Sequence record: OR992644.1
DNA length: 43,553 bases
Strand: one strand, 5' to 3'
Origin: Escherichia phage EP-B-K_E2
The notes under the pieces were generated by a model. That model worked only from the letters and a program-made list of their open reading frames with translations, was not told the DNA's origin and made no database searches. Of this stretch, positions 26,579-35,169 are shown piece by piece. Position 1 is the stretch's first letter. The number at the start of each line of letters is the position of its first letter. The translations under genes and the position numbers were made by a program.

Positions 26579-26690
26579 CGACGCCGACGAGGATTTGGCT
26601 ATCGACGTTCAGAACGCCGAATGTGCACGGCAACTGAGACTGAAAGTGTTCATGCTGCAGGACTGGGTACGGAATGTGATGGCGGAATAA
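26424..26690 (+). CDS. o-spanin (Rz1-like outer-membrane lipoprotein), GTG start
   Basis: Signal peptide with lipobox LASC, Pro-rich mature region, overlapped architecture with i-spanin. Confidence 0.6.
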   Translation: MKSLSTLKRLAAACALSTMLASCSSPAPSPTPIPSPDTTMMQPPCKLAAPSSDADEDLAIDVQNAECARQLRLKVFMLQDWVRNVMAE

Positions 26691-26691
26691 G

Positions 26692-26715
26692 AAAAGCCCC
26701 TTATGGGGCTTTGTT
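26692..26715. terminator. bidirectional rho-independent terminator
   Basis: aagcccc-ttat-ggggctt flanked by A-run upstream and T-rich downstream. Confidence 0.55.
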
Positions 26716-26718
26716 GCG

Positions 26719-26883
26719 TTAAAAGTTTCCGTATACAAAATTACGTTTTCTGGTTCTCAATGGGACCCATGCAGGTATGTTATCATTGTGGACGAAATGT
26801 TCCTCATAGAAGAAAACCTTTTTGGTATTGCTGGACCAATGGTCCATTTTTAAAATTCTTCTTGCTTTTGCGTTTCTGGTCAT
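26719..26883 (-). CDS. reverse-oriented small ORF (54 aa, not in ORF track)
   Basis: Strong SD acaggaggg 7 nt upstream of ATG; convergent with spanins; shares bidirectional terminator. Confidence 0.4.
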   Translation of the reverse strand: MTRNAKARRILKMDHWSSNTKKVFFYEEHFVHNDNIPAWVPLRTRKRNFVYGNF

Positions 26884-26910
26884 TCTTATGCCCTCCTGTT
26901 TAAGTTACCT

Positions 26911-26932
26911 CCTATAATAGCACCCTATTATA
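26911..26932. promoter_or_regulatory. AATAG-N4-CTATT dyad element with TATAAT/TATTAT boxes (strand ambiguous)
   Basis: ctataatagcaccctattatat matches the dyad family at 25844 and 35034. Confidence 0.45.
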
Positions 26933-27033
26933 TTGGTGTCTATAGGGGTGGTTGCCTTCTGATGTGGAATAATTTATTCTTGACATGTAAATCCGGGTGG
27001 CCCGGGTTCCAACGTCCAGGGGACATACTGACT

Positions 27034-27735
27034 ATGAATCTTTTTTTACGCTATCCGTTCCAGGAAGAAGCTGGGGCAGAAGATAAAGCGGGTGGCGGTG
27101 ATGCACCGAAAATGTTCACCGCTGAAGAAGTTCAGGCGCTGATTGAGAAAGAAGTCGCCGGGCTTAAGGCCAATCAGGAAGCGTTGCTCGCGGAGAAGAA
27201 AGAAGCCGCTCGCAAAGCAAAAGAGGCCGAAGAAGAACGGCAGCGCGCCCACCAGGAGGCGTTAAAAGCCGCCGGTAAGATGGACGAGTTCGAAAAGACG
27301 ATTCGTAGCCAGTATGACCCGGTGTTAGCCGAGAAAGATGGTCGCATCTCCAAAATGGCAGAGCGCATCCTCGGCAGCGAACGTAAAGCGGTGTTAGGCT
27401 CTTTCGCGGGCGACTTTATCACCCCTGAAGCAGTAGACATTCTTGCACCGTTCGTTAAGACTGAGTTCGAAGGTGACGATGTGGTTACTAAGTTTGTCGG
27501 CGCAGACGGCAACGTAATCACGACTGACCCGGAACAGTTCCGCAAATACCTACGTGAACACAAAGCGTTTTCGCATTTGATTAAAGCAAATGCAGCTTCC
27601 GGCGGCGGGGCTTCCGGTGGCAAAGGCGGCGGGGCCGCACCAGCGTTTAAAGACATGAGTGAAGCGGAGCGTTTAGCTCTGTACAAATCGAACCCTGCCG
27701 AATTTGAACGGCAACTTAAAGCCCTGAGGAAATAA
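27034..27735 (+). CDS. scaffolding protein
   Basis: Ala/Glu/Lys-rich coiled coil, immediately upstream of major capsid gene. Confidence 0.6.
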   Translation: MNLFLRYPFQEEAGAEDKAGGGDAPKMFTAEEVQALIEKEVAGLKANQEALLAEKKEAARKAKEAEEERQRAHQEALKAAGKMDEFEKTIRSQYDPVLAEKDGRISKMAERILGSERKAVLGSFAGDFITPEAVDILAPFVKTEFEGDDVVTKFVGADGNVITTDPEQFRKYLREHKAFSHLIKANAASGGGASGGKGGGAAPAFKDMSEAERLALYKSNPAEFERQLKALRK

Positions 27736-27737
27736 TA

Positions 27738-28787
27738 ATGGCAATTACCACTATCGGCGATATCGTAACTGGCAACATCCCGGTCCTGGCGTCTTATATG
27801 ACCGAGGACCCGGTAGAAAAAACCGCGTTCTTCCAGTCCGGTATTCTGACCCCGACTCCGTACGCTGCCGAGATCGCTCGCGGCCCGTCCAACATCGCCA
27901 ACATTCCTTTCTGGAAAGCGATTGATACTTCTATTGAGCCTAACTACTCGAACGATGTGTATCAGGATATCGCTACCCCACGTAATGTGCAGACCGGCGA
28001 GATGATGGCCCGCGTTGCCTACCTGAACGAAGGCTTTGGCCAGGCAGACCTGACGGTTGAACTGACCAGTCAGAATCCGCTGCAATCCGTGGCTTCTCGC
28101 TTGGATAACTTCTGGCAGCGCCAGGCACAACGCCGTCTGATTGCTACCGCTCTCGGTCTGTACAATGACAACGTAGCCGCTACCGATGCTTACCACGAGC
28201 AGAACGACATGGTTATCGACGTGTCCGCTACTCTGGGCTTCGACGCAGGCGCATTCATCGACGCTACCCAGACTATGGGTGACGCCCTGATGGGCAACGG
28301 TGGTGAAGTGCTGGGCGCCATCGCGATGCACAGCTTCGTTTATGCGCAGGCACGTAAGCAGCAGCTTATTGACTTCATTAAAGACGCTGACAACGACACC
28401 CTGTTCGCCACCTACCAGGGTTATCGTGTGATTGTTGACGACAGCATGACCGTAGTCGGTACTGGCGGTGGCCGTAAGTTCATCTCTATCATCTTCGGTA
28501 ACGGCGCTATCGGTTACGGCGAGGGCAACCCGTCCAACCCGCTGGAATATGAACGCGAACCGTCTCGCGGTAACGGTGGTGGCGTCGAAACCCTGTGGAC
28601 TCGTAAGACCTGGCTGCTGCACCCACTGGGCTACAGCTTCACCAGCGCAGTAATCACCGGTAACGGCACCGAGACTGTCGCACGTTCTGCTTCCTGGCAG
28701 GACCTGGCGAACGCCTCCAACTGGAACCGTGTGGTTGATCGTAAGCACGTACCTATTGCCTTCCTGGTAACTGGTGTCGGTGCTTAA
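27738..28787 (+). CDS. major capsid protein
   Basis: 349 aa after scaffold gene, followed by strong terminator. Confidence 0.7.
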   Translation: MAITTIGDIVTGNIPVLASYMTEDPVEKTAFFQSGILTPTPYAAEIARGPSNIANIPFWKAIDTSIEPNYSNDVYQDIATPRNVQTGEMMARVAYLNEGFGQADLTVELTSQNPLQSVASRLDNFWQRQAQRRLIATALGLYNDNVAATDAYHEQNDMVIDVSATLGFDAGAFIDATQTMGDALMGNGGEVLGAIAMHSFVYAQARKQQLIDFIKDADNDTLFATYQGYRVIVDDSMTVVGTGGGRKFISIIFGNGAIGYGEGNPSNPLEYEREPSRGNGGGVETLWTRKTWLLHPLGYSFTSAVITGNGTETVARSASWQDLANASNWNRVVDRKHVPIAFLVTGVGA

Positions 28788-28803
28788 GGTTAAGCTATAA
28801 TCG

Positions 28804-28830
28804 AGAGGGACTTCGGTCCCTCTTTTCATT
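28804..28830 (+). terminator. rho-independent terminator with UUCG tetraloop
   Basis: agagggac-ttcg-gtccctct followed by tttcatt. Confidence 0.7.
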
Positions 28831-28846
28831 TACTAAGAGGTAAATT

Positions 28847-29146
28847 ATGGTTAAGACCGGAAAAGGCTTACCGCGCAGCCTTCAGAATGTCGATTTCGGC
28901 GACTTTGATATCCCTGTCACGCCTGCTACTACCAGCGTGGTTGGTGGGGTTAAAAAGTCAGCTACTGTAGCCGCACCAGCGGCCATTACCGCTGGCGAAG
29001 GAGCGCAGTCTGCTGATGCTCCAACTAAGACAGAGTTCGATGCCCTTGTAGCAGAGTACAACAGACTCCGAACTGATGTTACCGCGCTGCGCACTACCGT
29101 AGCAAATCTGTTGACTGCGCTTAAAAACGCAGGAACCGTAAGCTAA
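28847..29146 (+). CDS. hypothetical structural protein
   Basis: 99 aa, SD taagaggtaa upstream. Confidence 0.5.
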   Translation: MVKTGKGLPRSLQNVDFGDFDIPVTPATTSVVGGVKKSATVAAPAAITAGEGAQSADAPTKTEFDALVAEYNRLRTDVTALRTTVANLLTALKNAGTVS

Positions 29147-29158
29147 AGGAGCTTAAAA

Positions 29159-29509
29159 ATGGTTGATGTAATCAAACGTCGTATTACCGGTGTTTCTGAT
29201 GATTCTCCTGCCGATGGTCAGGTTGAAATCGATATGGCAAATATCTCGCCGGCATCTTTTTCTACCGCGCTGAACGCTACCACAGCAGTTACAGCCGGGC
29301 AGACTATGACACTGACCGTAGTTGTTACTGGTGGTCTGGGGCCGTATTCCTACCAGTGGTACAAAGATAACAACGCCATCGCCGGGGCTACCGCAGCTAC
29401 CTACGCTAAAGCGTCAACCACTACCGCAGATTCTGGTACGTATAAAGTGGTTGTTCACGATGTGTATGGTAATATTATCTCCAGCAGCACTGTAGCGACT
29501 GTATCTTAA
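29159..29509 (+). CDS. Ig-like domain protein (possible decoration protein)
   Basis: YSYQWYKDNNAIAG...GTYKVVVHD Ig-like motif. Confidence 0.5.
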   Translation: MVDVIKRRITGVSDDSPADGQVEIDMANISPASFSTALNATTAVTAGQTMTLTVVVTGGLGPYSYQWYKDNNAIAGATAATYAKASTTTADSGTYKVVVHDVYGNIISSSTVATVS

Positions 29510-29545
29510 TATGGCGGCCCTTCGGGGCCGTAATAAGGAAAGACC

Positions 29546-29725
29546 ATGGCAGATAATTACGTAATCCGCGAAAAGTACACCCACGTTGATGTTGTTGACG
29601 GTCAGGTGATGCCGGTCCGCGGTGTTGTAGAGGCGGATGAACTGGTTACAACCCAACCGGACAACGAAGAAGCGCACAACAACGGCGGTGGTGCTAAGCG
29701 TCGTCGCCGTAAGTCAGAGGAATAA
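29546..29725 (+). CDS. hypothetical small protein (59 aa, not in ORF track)
   Basis: SD aaggaaag upstream; basic C-terminus. Confidence 0.35.
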   Translation: MADNYVIREKYTHVDVVDGQVMPVRGVVEADELVTTQPDNEEAHNNGGGAKRRRRKSEE

Positions 29726-29728
29726 TTT

Positions 29729-30241
29729 ATGCCGCTAATCGTGGAAACTGGGGTGATCGTCCCGAATGCCGACAGTTACGTTAGTCTGGCTGACGCCCGC
29801 GCGTTAGCGGCTAATTATGGCCTGGAGCTGCCGGAAGACGATACTGCCGCCGAAGTTGCCTTACGCAACGGTGCTACTTATGTTGGGCTGGCAGAACCGC
29901 AGATGTGTGGCCGTCGCGTATCCGCTGAACAGTCTCTGGCGTTCCCCCGCACTGGCGTTACGTTGAATGGTTTCCTCGTAGCTAACAATGCCATTCCGAA
30001 ACAGGTAATTCTTGCGCAGGTAATCGCCTCTGCTACATATGGCGCGGGTACTGAGGTTCGTGCTAACTCTGACGGTCGCTCTGTGCAGACTGAGCGTGTA
30101 GAAGGAGCGGTAACGGTGACGTACTTCAACAACGGCAGCAGTGGCGCCACGACTGCGATTACCGCCGCTGACGACGCCTTACGCCCGTTACTGTGCGGTG
30201 GTCTTAACAATGGCTTCTCGTTTAACGTGTACCGGGGTTAA
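29729..30241 (+). CDS. putative head-tail connector/adaptor protein
   Basis: Position after capsid genes; 170 aa. Confidence 0.4.
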   Translation: MPLIVETGVIVPNADSYVSLADARALAANYGLELPEDDTAAEVALRNGATYVGLAEPQMCGRRVSAEQSLAFPRTGVTLNGFLVANNAIPKQVILAQVIASATYGAGTEVRANSDGRSVQTERVEGAVTVTYFNNGSSGATTAITAADDALRPLLCGGLNNGFSFNVYRG

Positions 30242-30243
30242 AA

Positions 30244-30858
30244 ATGGCGAAGACTAAAACAGAGATATTTACGCTAATCGGTTCAGAGCTACCCGATAAC
30301 ACGAACGGACTTATCACACCAGCGAAGTTACGCGGGGTGTTAACACAGATGGCGGACTCACCTATCTACGCCACTCCCGGTGTTAAAGAGGTTGAAGTTC
30401 TCCGCGCGGTGTCGGCTGACGCCCAAGCGCCTACCGCGGTAGATACGGCATTGCAGTTATCGTTTGGCTCCGCTCAGGGAAGTGCATCCGACCCAGTAAT
30501 GATTAATGCTGCGGGGCTGGTTACGTTCAACACTGCGGGTAACTACGCCGTTCGCATCAAGTTACAAGCGGGTCGCACAGGCGCTAGTGGGACCTCTATC
30601 CTTTTATCGCGCATTCTGGTTAATGGCGCACAATACGGCTCGCCCGCTGCCACAAAACTGGTAAGCGCGGACACCACAATTCCTATTGAGTCCCGCGTTG
30701 TTATTAACCCAACCGCAGGACAGACGTTTGCCGTTCAGATTATGCGGGATAGCGCCGGGAGTAACTTCGGTGGCGTATACCCTCAAGCGGCTACCGTAAC
30801 CGCATGGGGGACCGCACCATCCGCGCTACTGGTTATTTCGAGACTGGAGGCCGCGTAA
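30244..30858 (+). CDS. hypothetical structural protein
   Basis: 204 aa in head-tail joining region. Confidence 0.45.
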   Translation: MAKTKTEIFTLIGSELPDNTNGLITPAKLRGVLTQMADSPIYATPGVKEVEVLRAVSADAQAPTAVDTALQLSFGSAQGSASDPVMINAAGLVTFNTAGNYAVRIKLQAGRTGASGTSILLSRILVNGAQYGSPAATKLVSADTTIPIESRVVINPTAGQTFAVQIMRDSAGSNFGGVYPQAATVTAWGTAPSALLVISRLEAA

Positions 30859-31217
30859 TGGGCACCGCTTTCAGTAGACGTATGCAAGGTGTGGGCACGC
30901 GCCTGCTAACCAAATTCGGCAGCACGGTATCCCTGGTTCGCGCTGGCTCTAAAGTATGGGACGAAGTCCTCGGGGAATACGTCTGGTCCGCCGACGAAGT
31001 GTTGCCGTTGAAGGCTGTTCCGGTTCCGGTAAACGCTGGACTGGTGAACGGTACGACGATTCAGGCGGGAGACATGATTGTTAAAGCGGATTGCAGTGTC
31101 GTACCAAAAATGGAAGACAAGGTGCAATTCGGCGGCGAGCAATGGTCTGTCGTAGCTATCGAGAAGAAGATGGTTAACGACGATGTCGTGGCATACTTTA
31201 TTCAGGTGCGCAAATGA
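30858..31217 (+). CDS. putative head closure / neck protein
   Basis: ORF trimmed to ATG with SD ggagg; position. Confidence 0.4.
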   Translation: MGTAFSRRMQGVGTRLLTKFGSTVSLVRAGSKVWDEVLGEYVWSADEVLPLKAVPVPVNAGLVNGTTIQAGDMIVKADCSVVPKMEDKVQFGGEQWSVVAIEKKMVNDDVVAYFIQVRK

Positions 31218-31612
31218 CACCATTTGAACAGTCTATTCAGAATTTTATAAAGAAGGCCAAAAAGAACCCTGAACTGGTGGTTCGCCAGGTCACGATTAAA
31301 TTATATTCTCAGATTATAATGGCAAGTCCCGTTGACACGGGTAGATTCAGGATGAATTGGCAGGTCAGTAATAACAAGCCAGCAACGGGTGTTTTAATAG
31401 CAGACGATCCTTCCGGGAGCAGAGCTATAGGTCGGATGACAAATTACGTTATATCATCTCCTGAGTGGGAAAATTTCTGTTTTACAAATAATTTGCCATA
31501 TGCGGAAAGGTTAGAATATGGGTACTCACAACAAGCACCTCAAGGCATGGTCCGTGTGACTGTCGCCAGATTTCAACGTCTACTCAACGAAGCTGCGGCG
31601 AGGGCAGATTGA
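31214..31612 (+). CDS. HK97 gp10-like tail/neck component
   Basis: SPVDTGRFRMNW motif resembling HK97 gp10 family. Confidence 0.45.
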   Translation: MTPFEQSIQNFIKKAKKNPELVVRQVTIKLYSQIIMASPVDTGRFRMNWQVSNNKPATGVLIADDPSGSRAIGRMTNYVISSPEWENFCFTNNLPYAERLEYGYSQQAPQGMVRVTVARFQRLLNEAAARAD

Positions 31613-32025
31613 TGGGCTATTTCGAGGACTTAACAAAAGCGTTCGATGTGCCGCTGGTAGCCTTCGGAACCGCCAACGGCATCAAGGTTGCGCTTGAAAA
31701 CATCGACGCGCCGACGTCAACAGATACGCCGTATCTGGCTAGTTACATGTTGCTGGCGGATACGGAACAGGCGGATTTGTTCTTCACAGAACAACGCTCT
31801 GGTATTTATCAGGTTGACATTAACTACGCATCGGTGAAAGGTAGCGCGCCAATCAATAAAATGGCAGACTTACTTAACACGGCGTTTAAAGCAGGTAAGT
31901 CATTTTCACGTAACGACATCTGCGCCGAGGTTCAATCGGTTAGCCTGGGGCCGCTGATTGTAGAAAACGGATGGGCCAAACGGCCATTGTCAATTAACTT
32001 TATTGCATTCACCAAGAGGCTGTGA
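31609..32025 (+). CDS. putative tail terminator/completion protein
   Basis: Position immediately upstream of major tail protein. Confidence 0.4.
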   Translation: MMGYFEDLTKAFDVPLVAFGTANGIKVALENIDAPTSTDTPYLASYMLLADTEQADLFFTEQRSGIYQVDINYASVKGSAPINKMADLLNTAFKAGKSFSRNDICAEVQSVSLGPLIVENGWAKRPLSINFIAFTKRL

Positions 32026-33194
32026 ATATGGCTACAACTCCTTTTAAGGGCGCGAATACCGCGCAATTCTATGTGGCGGAAACTACCCCGGGCGTAACAC
32101 CTACTAACCCGGTCTGGTCGCCGTTGCGTAACACCGGCGGTGTCCCCGCTGTAACCCGCGATGCGCTGACTTCTAACGAACTGGACGGCAGCCGAGAAAC
32201 CACATCCATTCGCACCGGTAACAAACAGGTAAGCGGGGAGTATGCCATCGAACTTAGCTCACGTAGCCAGGATGATTTCCTTGCGGGTGCTATGACTTCT
32301 ACGTGGCAGGATGGGGTAGAGATTACGGGTGCCAAAATTACGGTCGCCCCAGCAGGTAAAACATTCACCCGCGCTGCCGGTAGCTTCATTACTGACGGTG
32401 TAGAAGTTGGCGACCTGATTGCGTTCACCGACTTAACCGGCGACAACGCAAAACCGTTTATCGTGACCGCGGTTTCTGCTCTTGTAGTTACGGGTTCGGG
32501 CATTCAGCACACGCTGACCGCAGAGACTGTAACCACCAACGCTAAAACTGGCGATAAACTGGAAACCAGCAACACATGTAAGACGTTCTCCATCCTGACA
32601 TGGTTCAAAGGCCAGTGCGGAAACCCGGACGCGTACATGTTGACCAAAGGCGTGGAAATCTCTGGCTTCACCATTGAACAGGCGGTGAACGCAATGGTAA
32701 CTGGCAGCTTCCCGTTCATCGGCCTGAGCCAGGAGATTCTTACCGCACCGCCGTCTGGCTCTAATTTCTCTCAGGTGACGTTCACCGATGAGCCGTTCTC
32801 TTCTGTAGATGTGTCTGTGCTCGACGGTTCTACACCGTTGCGTTGCGACACACTTACCATCACCAACGACAACGGCGCTTCCGCACAGTTTGAACTAGGG
32901 AACAGTAGCGTTGCATTCGTGGAACGTGGCCGCGCGGCTAACACCTTCTCTATCTCCGGCAAGCTGTACGACATGGCGATGATTCAGAAGTTTATCAACG
33001 AACAGCAGGTGGAGATTAACTCTATTCTGGCGGGGGTAAACGGGGCTATGTCTTTCAGTTTGAAACGTGCCGAACTTACGGCGGTTACACCAGAGATTGG
33101 CGGGCCTGAGTCAATCACTCAGTCTATTGAAGGCCAGGCTACGGGCAACCAGTACCAGTCGTCTATTGTTATCCAGCGTATCACCTACGCATAA
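32022..33194 (+). CDS. major tail protein
   Basis: 390 aa, upstream of chaperone and tape measure, followed by strong terminator. Confidence 0.55.
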   Translation: MNMATTPFKGANTAQFYVAETTPGVTPTNPVWSPLRNTGGVPAVTRDALTSNELDGSRETTSIRTGNKQVSGEYAIELSSRSQDDFLAGAMTSTWQDGVEITGAKITVAPAGKTFTRAAGSFITDGVEVGDLIAFTDLTGDNAKPFIVTAVSALVVTGSGIQHTLTAETVTTNAKTGDKLETSNTCKTFSILTWFKGQCGNPDAYMLTKGVEISGFTIEQAVNAMVTGSFPFIGLSQEILTAPPSGSNFSQVTFTDEPFSSVDVSVLDGSTPLRCDTLTITNDNGASAQFELGNSSVAFVERGRAANTFSISGKLYDMAMIQKFINEQQVEINSILAGVNGAMSFSLKRAELTAVTPEIGGPESITQSIEGQATGNQYQSSIVIQRITYA

Positions 33195-33195
33195 A

Positions 33196-33226
33196 ACTAA
33201 GGCCCCTTTCGGGGCCTTTTTTTTCT
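33196..33226. terminator. bidirectional rho-independent terminator
   Basis: aaggcccc-tttc-ggggcctt with A-run upstream and 8 T downstream. Confidence 0.7.
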
Positions 33227-33456
33227 TACTCGTCAATATTGCTTCGATACTCCCGTAACTTCTCCAGACTTTCAATTGCTTCCGCTAAGTCTGTTCCGGT
33301 GTCCTTGTGCCCGCGCAAGCCCATACACAATAGCTTCTTCAATGCATGCTGTAACGCCGGGTCGCGGATGTCGAAGGCGCGTAGCACATCATAAACGTCT
33401 ACTGTCATAGTGCTGCCGTGAGTGTTTGTCATGGTGCGGTTGTATTTATTTGTCAC
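33226..33456 (-). CDS. DUF3310-like small protein
   Basis: DVYDVLRAF...ALKKLLCMGLRGHKD...LAEAIESLEKL resembles DUF3310 signature. Confidence 0.45.
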   Translation of the reverse strand: MTNKYNRTMTNTHGSTMTVDVYDVLRAFDIRDPALQHALKKLLCMGLRGHKDTGTDLAEAIESLEKLREYRSNIDE

Positions 33457-33642
33457 TGTTAACTCTCTTAAATCGGGCTATGCCTGACTCGTTAATGTTG
33501 CCTATTTCAAAGAAGCTGCGATATTTAGGCTAATACATTCTTACGTCGCCATTCTCTAGGGTTATTCCTTCATATACAGCACCTACTTAGAACCCATTTT
33601 TCTCTGCGTACGGACTCACATCGGTGCATTCATACATGTCTC

Positions 33643-34773
33643 TCATCCCAGCATCTCCGGTGAAATAGTTAAACGTGCAACCTCGCCATATTCGGCGCTA
33701 TAAGTAATTACATTTGCACTACGGCCCGACATCCACCCTCCGCGGGAAGCATATGCATCTTTCGCCGCCAGGGTTCGGTGCTGCTCGACAATCATGTTAC
33801 GGCTTTCTACGATTTTCTGATGGTGCAGGTGGCCTACGTGGGCGTAGCTGTACTCGCTTTCGCCAAACGCTTTGCGGAACTTAGCTATCATAATTGGTTC
33901 GACCACCTCAAACCGACATTTATGGCCATGTGTAAAGAACAGAGTCGTTTTGCCGTGTTGTACCATCTTGTACACATCCGGCGACGTATCGACGAACACA
34001 CGAGGCTCATTGTCGTACAGCGTACTGAACATCTCAGCCAGCCAAATCATTCCGCTTTCGTCGTGGTTCCCTTGCACTATAAGCAAACGAACATTTCTAT
34101 GCTTAACAAGTGCCATATCTACAACACGGCGTACCATACGAATCATGTAGCGGACCAGTTTCTGATAGCGCGTGTCAGCGTCAAGGACATGACCACTAGT
34201 TGGCGTAACGGCATCCAGGCTATCGAAGTGCGCGAAGTCGCCTAGCAGGTTAATAACTCCAGTTCCTGCATCCGGTGCTTTCTGAAACGCCGCGTCGAAC
34301 CAGCGGGAGAACAGGTCTTCCGCAATCTTCATGTCCCAGTCGTCGCCGCTCTCGTCGGCCCAGGCCAGCATACCGAGATGAAAATCAGATACCGTGTAAA
34401 GATTGAGTAGCTTGTCGTCGCGTTTGGCGCGTGCTGCTTTAACAGGGGCGACTGGCGTAATCTCTGATTTCATTCCTTCGATTACGGCTTTCATCAACTC
34501 GACCTGACGTTCGGCATCGGTGTCTGTCTTAACCCATTGCAACTTAGTGTTGCCGAACTCGTCCACCAGTGACGACGTTCCTTTAATCTTGTAGCCGTCT
34601 GGTACTAGATGGCTAACGTCACGCCCGTGGCCTACGCCTTTTTTCGCCAGCTTCGCTTTACGGATACGAATAACGCGGTCTGAGATGCCGTATTTACGGG
34701 CGATATCTATATTCTTCATCCCGGCGTTCAATTCTTCCTGTAACTGTTCGTCGGTTATTTTCTTCTGGGCCAT
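33643..34773 (-). CDS. HTH domain fused to calcineurin-like metallophosphoesterase
   Basis: N-terminal HTH IDIARKYGISDRVIRIRKAKL; motifs SDFHLG, GDFAHFD, VQGNHDE, THGH, VGHLHH; start set to ATG with SD gaggaag. Confidence 0.7.
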   Translation of the reverse strand: MAQKKITDEQLQEELNAGMKNIDIARKYGISDRVIRIRKAKLAKKGVGHGRDVSHLVPDGYKIKGTSSLVDEFGNTKLQWVKTDTDAERQVELMKAVIEGMKSEITPVAPVKAARAKRDDKLLNLYTVSDFHLGMLAWADESGDDWDMKIAEDLFSRWFDAAFQKAPDAGTGVINLLGDFAHFDSLDAVTPTSGHVLDADTRYQKLVRYMIRMVRRVVDMALVKHRNVRLLIVQGNHDESGMIWLAEMFSTLYDNEPRVFVDTSPDVYKMVQHGKTTLFFTHGHKCRFEVVEPIMIAKFRKAFGESEYSYAHVGHLHHQKIVESRNMIVEQHRTLAAKDAYASRGGWMSGRSANVITYSAEYGEVARLTISPEMLG

Positions 34774-34811
34774 GCTTACTTCCTCGTGTTTAGGATTTGT
34801 CTTATAGTAGC

Positions 34812-35003
34812 CTACTTCTCTTTCACGTTCGAGTTGCAAGCCCAGATTAAAATAAATACCCACGGCAGCAGAACCCAGCCAAGAAACAGATTAGCCATGA
34901 ATATCGCCAACTTCGCTTTATGGTTACGGAAGTACGCAACCAGGAAAGGCGCGAAATAAGCGAGCAGTGCAAACAGAATTAAGGAAACTGGTAAACTGGA
35001 CAT
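34812..35003 (-). CDS. small membrane protein (alternative start 35018)
   Basis: Two hydrophobic helices; SD aagggg 6 nt before second ATG; directly downstream of promoter 35034-35062. Confidence 0.5.
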   Translation of the reverse strand: MSSLPVSLILFALLAYFAPFLVAYFRNHKAKLAIFMANLFLGWVLLPWVFILIWACNSNVKEK

Positions 35004-35033
35004 TTTAAACCCCTTCATTGTTGGTGTAAGTGA

Positions 35034-35062
35034 ATAGTACCCTATTATATTGGGGTACGCAA
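35034..35062 (-). promoter_or_regulatory. sigma70-like promoter TTGCGT-N17-TACTAT with dyad (minus strand)
   Basis: Near-identical to 12844-12872 and 25844-25872 elements. Confidence 0.6.
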
Positions 35063-35169
35063 GTAATGTGATAGAATAATTTTGCGCCTAGTGTCGCACA
35101 CGAAAAGCGGGTGGTTCCCGTCTGGCGCATTTCCCTTAACCTGTAACCTCTTAACCAAAGGATTAAAGA

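Noticed and set aside
26703-26903. 66-aa plus-strand ORF after the spanins
   Set aside because: Starts inside the terminator hairpin, lacks an SD, Cys/Trp/Phe-rich; the opposite-strand ORF 26719-26883 has a strong SD and is preferred.
27174-28829. 551-aa minus-strand ORF overlapping scaffold and major capsid genes
   Set aside because: Antisense to two well-supported plus-strand genes with SDs and operon context; low-complexity Ser/Ala/Arg-rich translation typical of a spurious antisense frame in GC-rich coding DNA.
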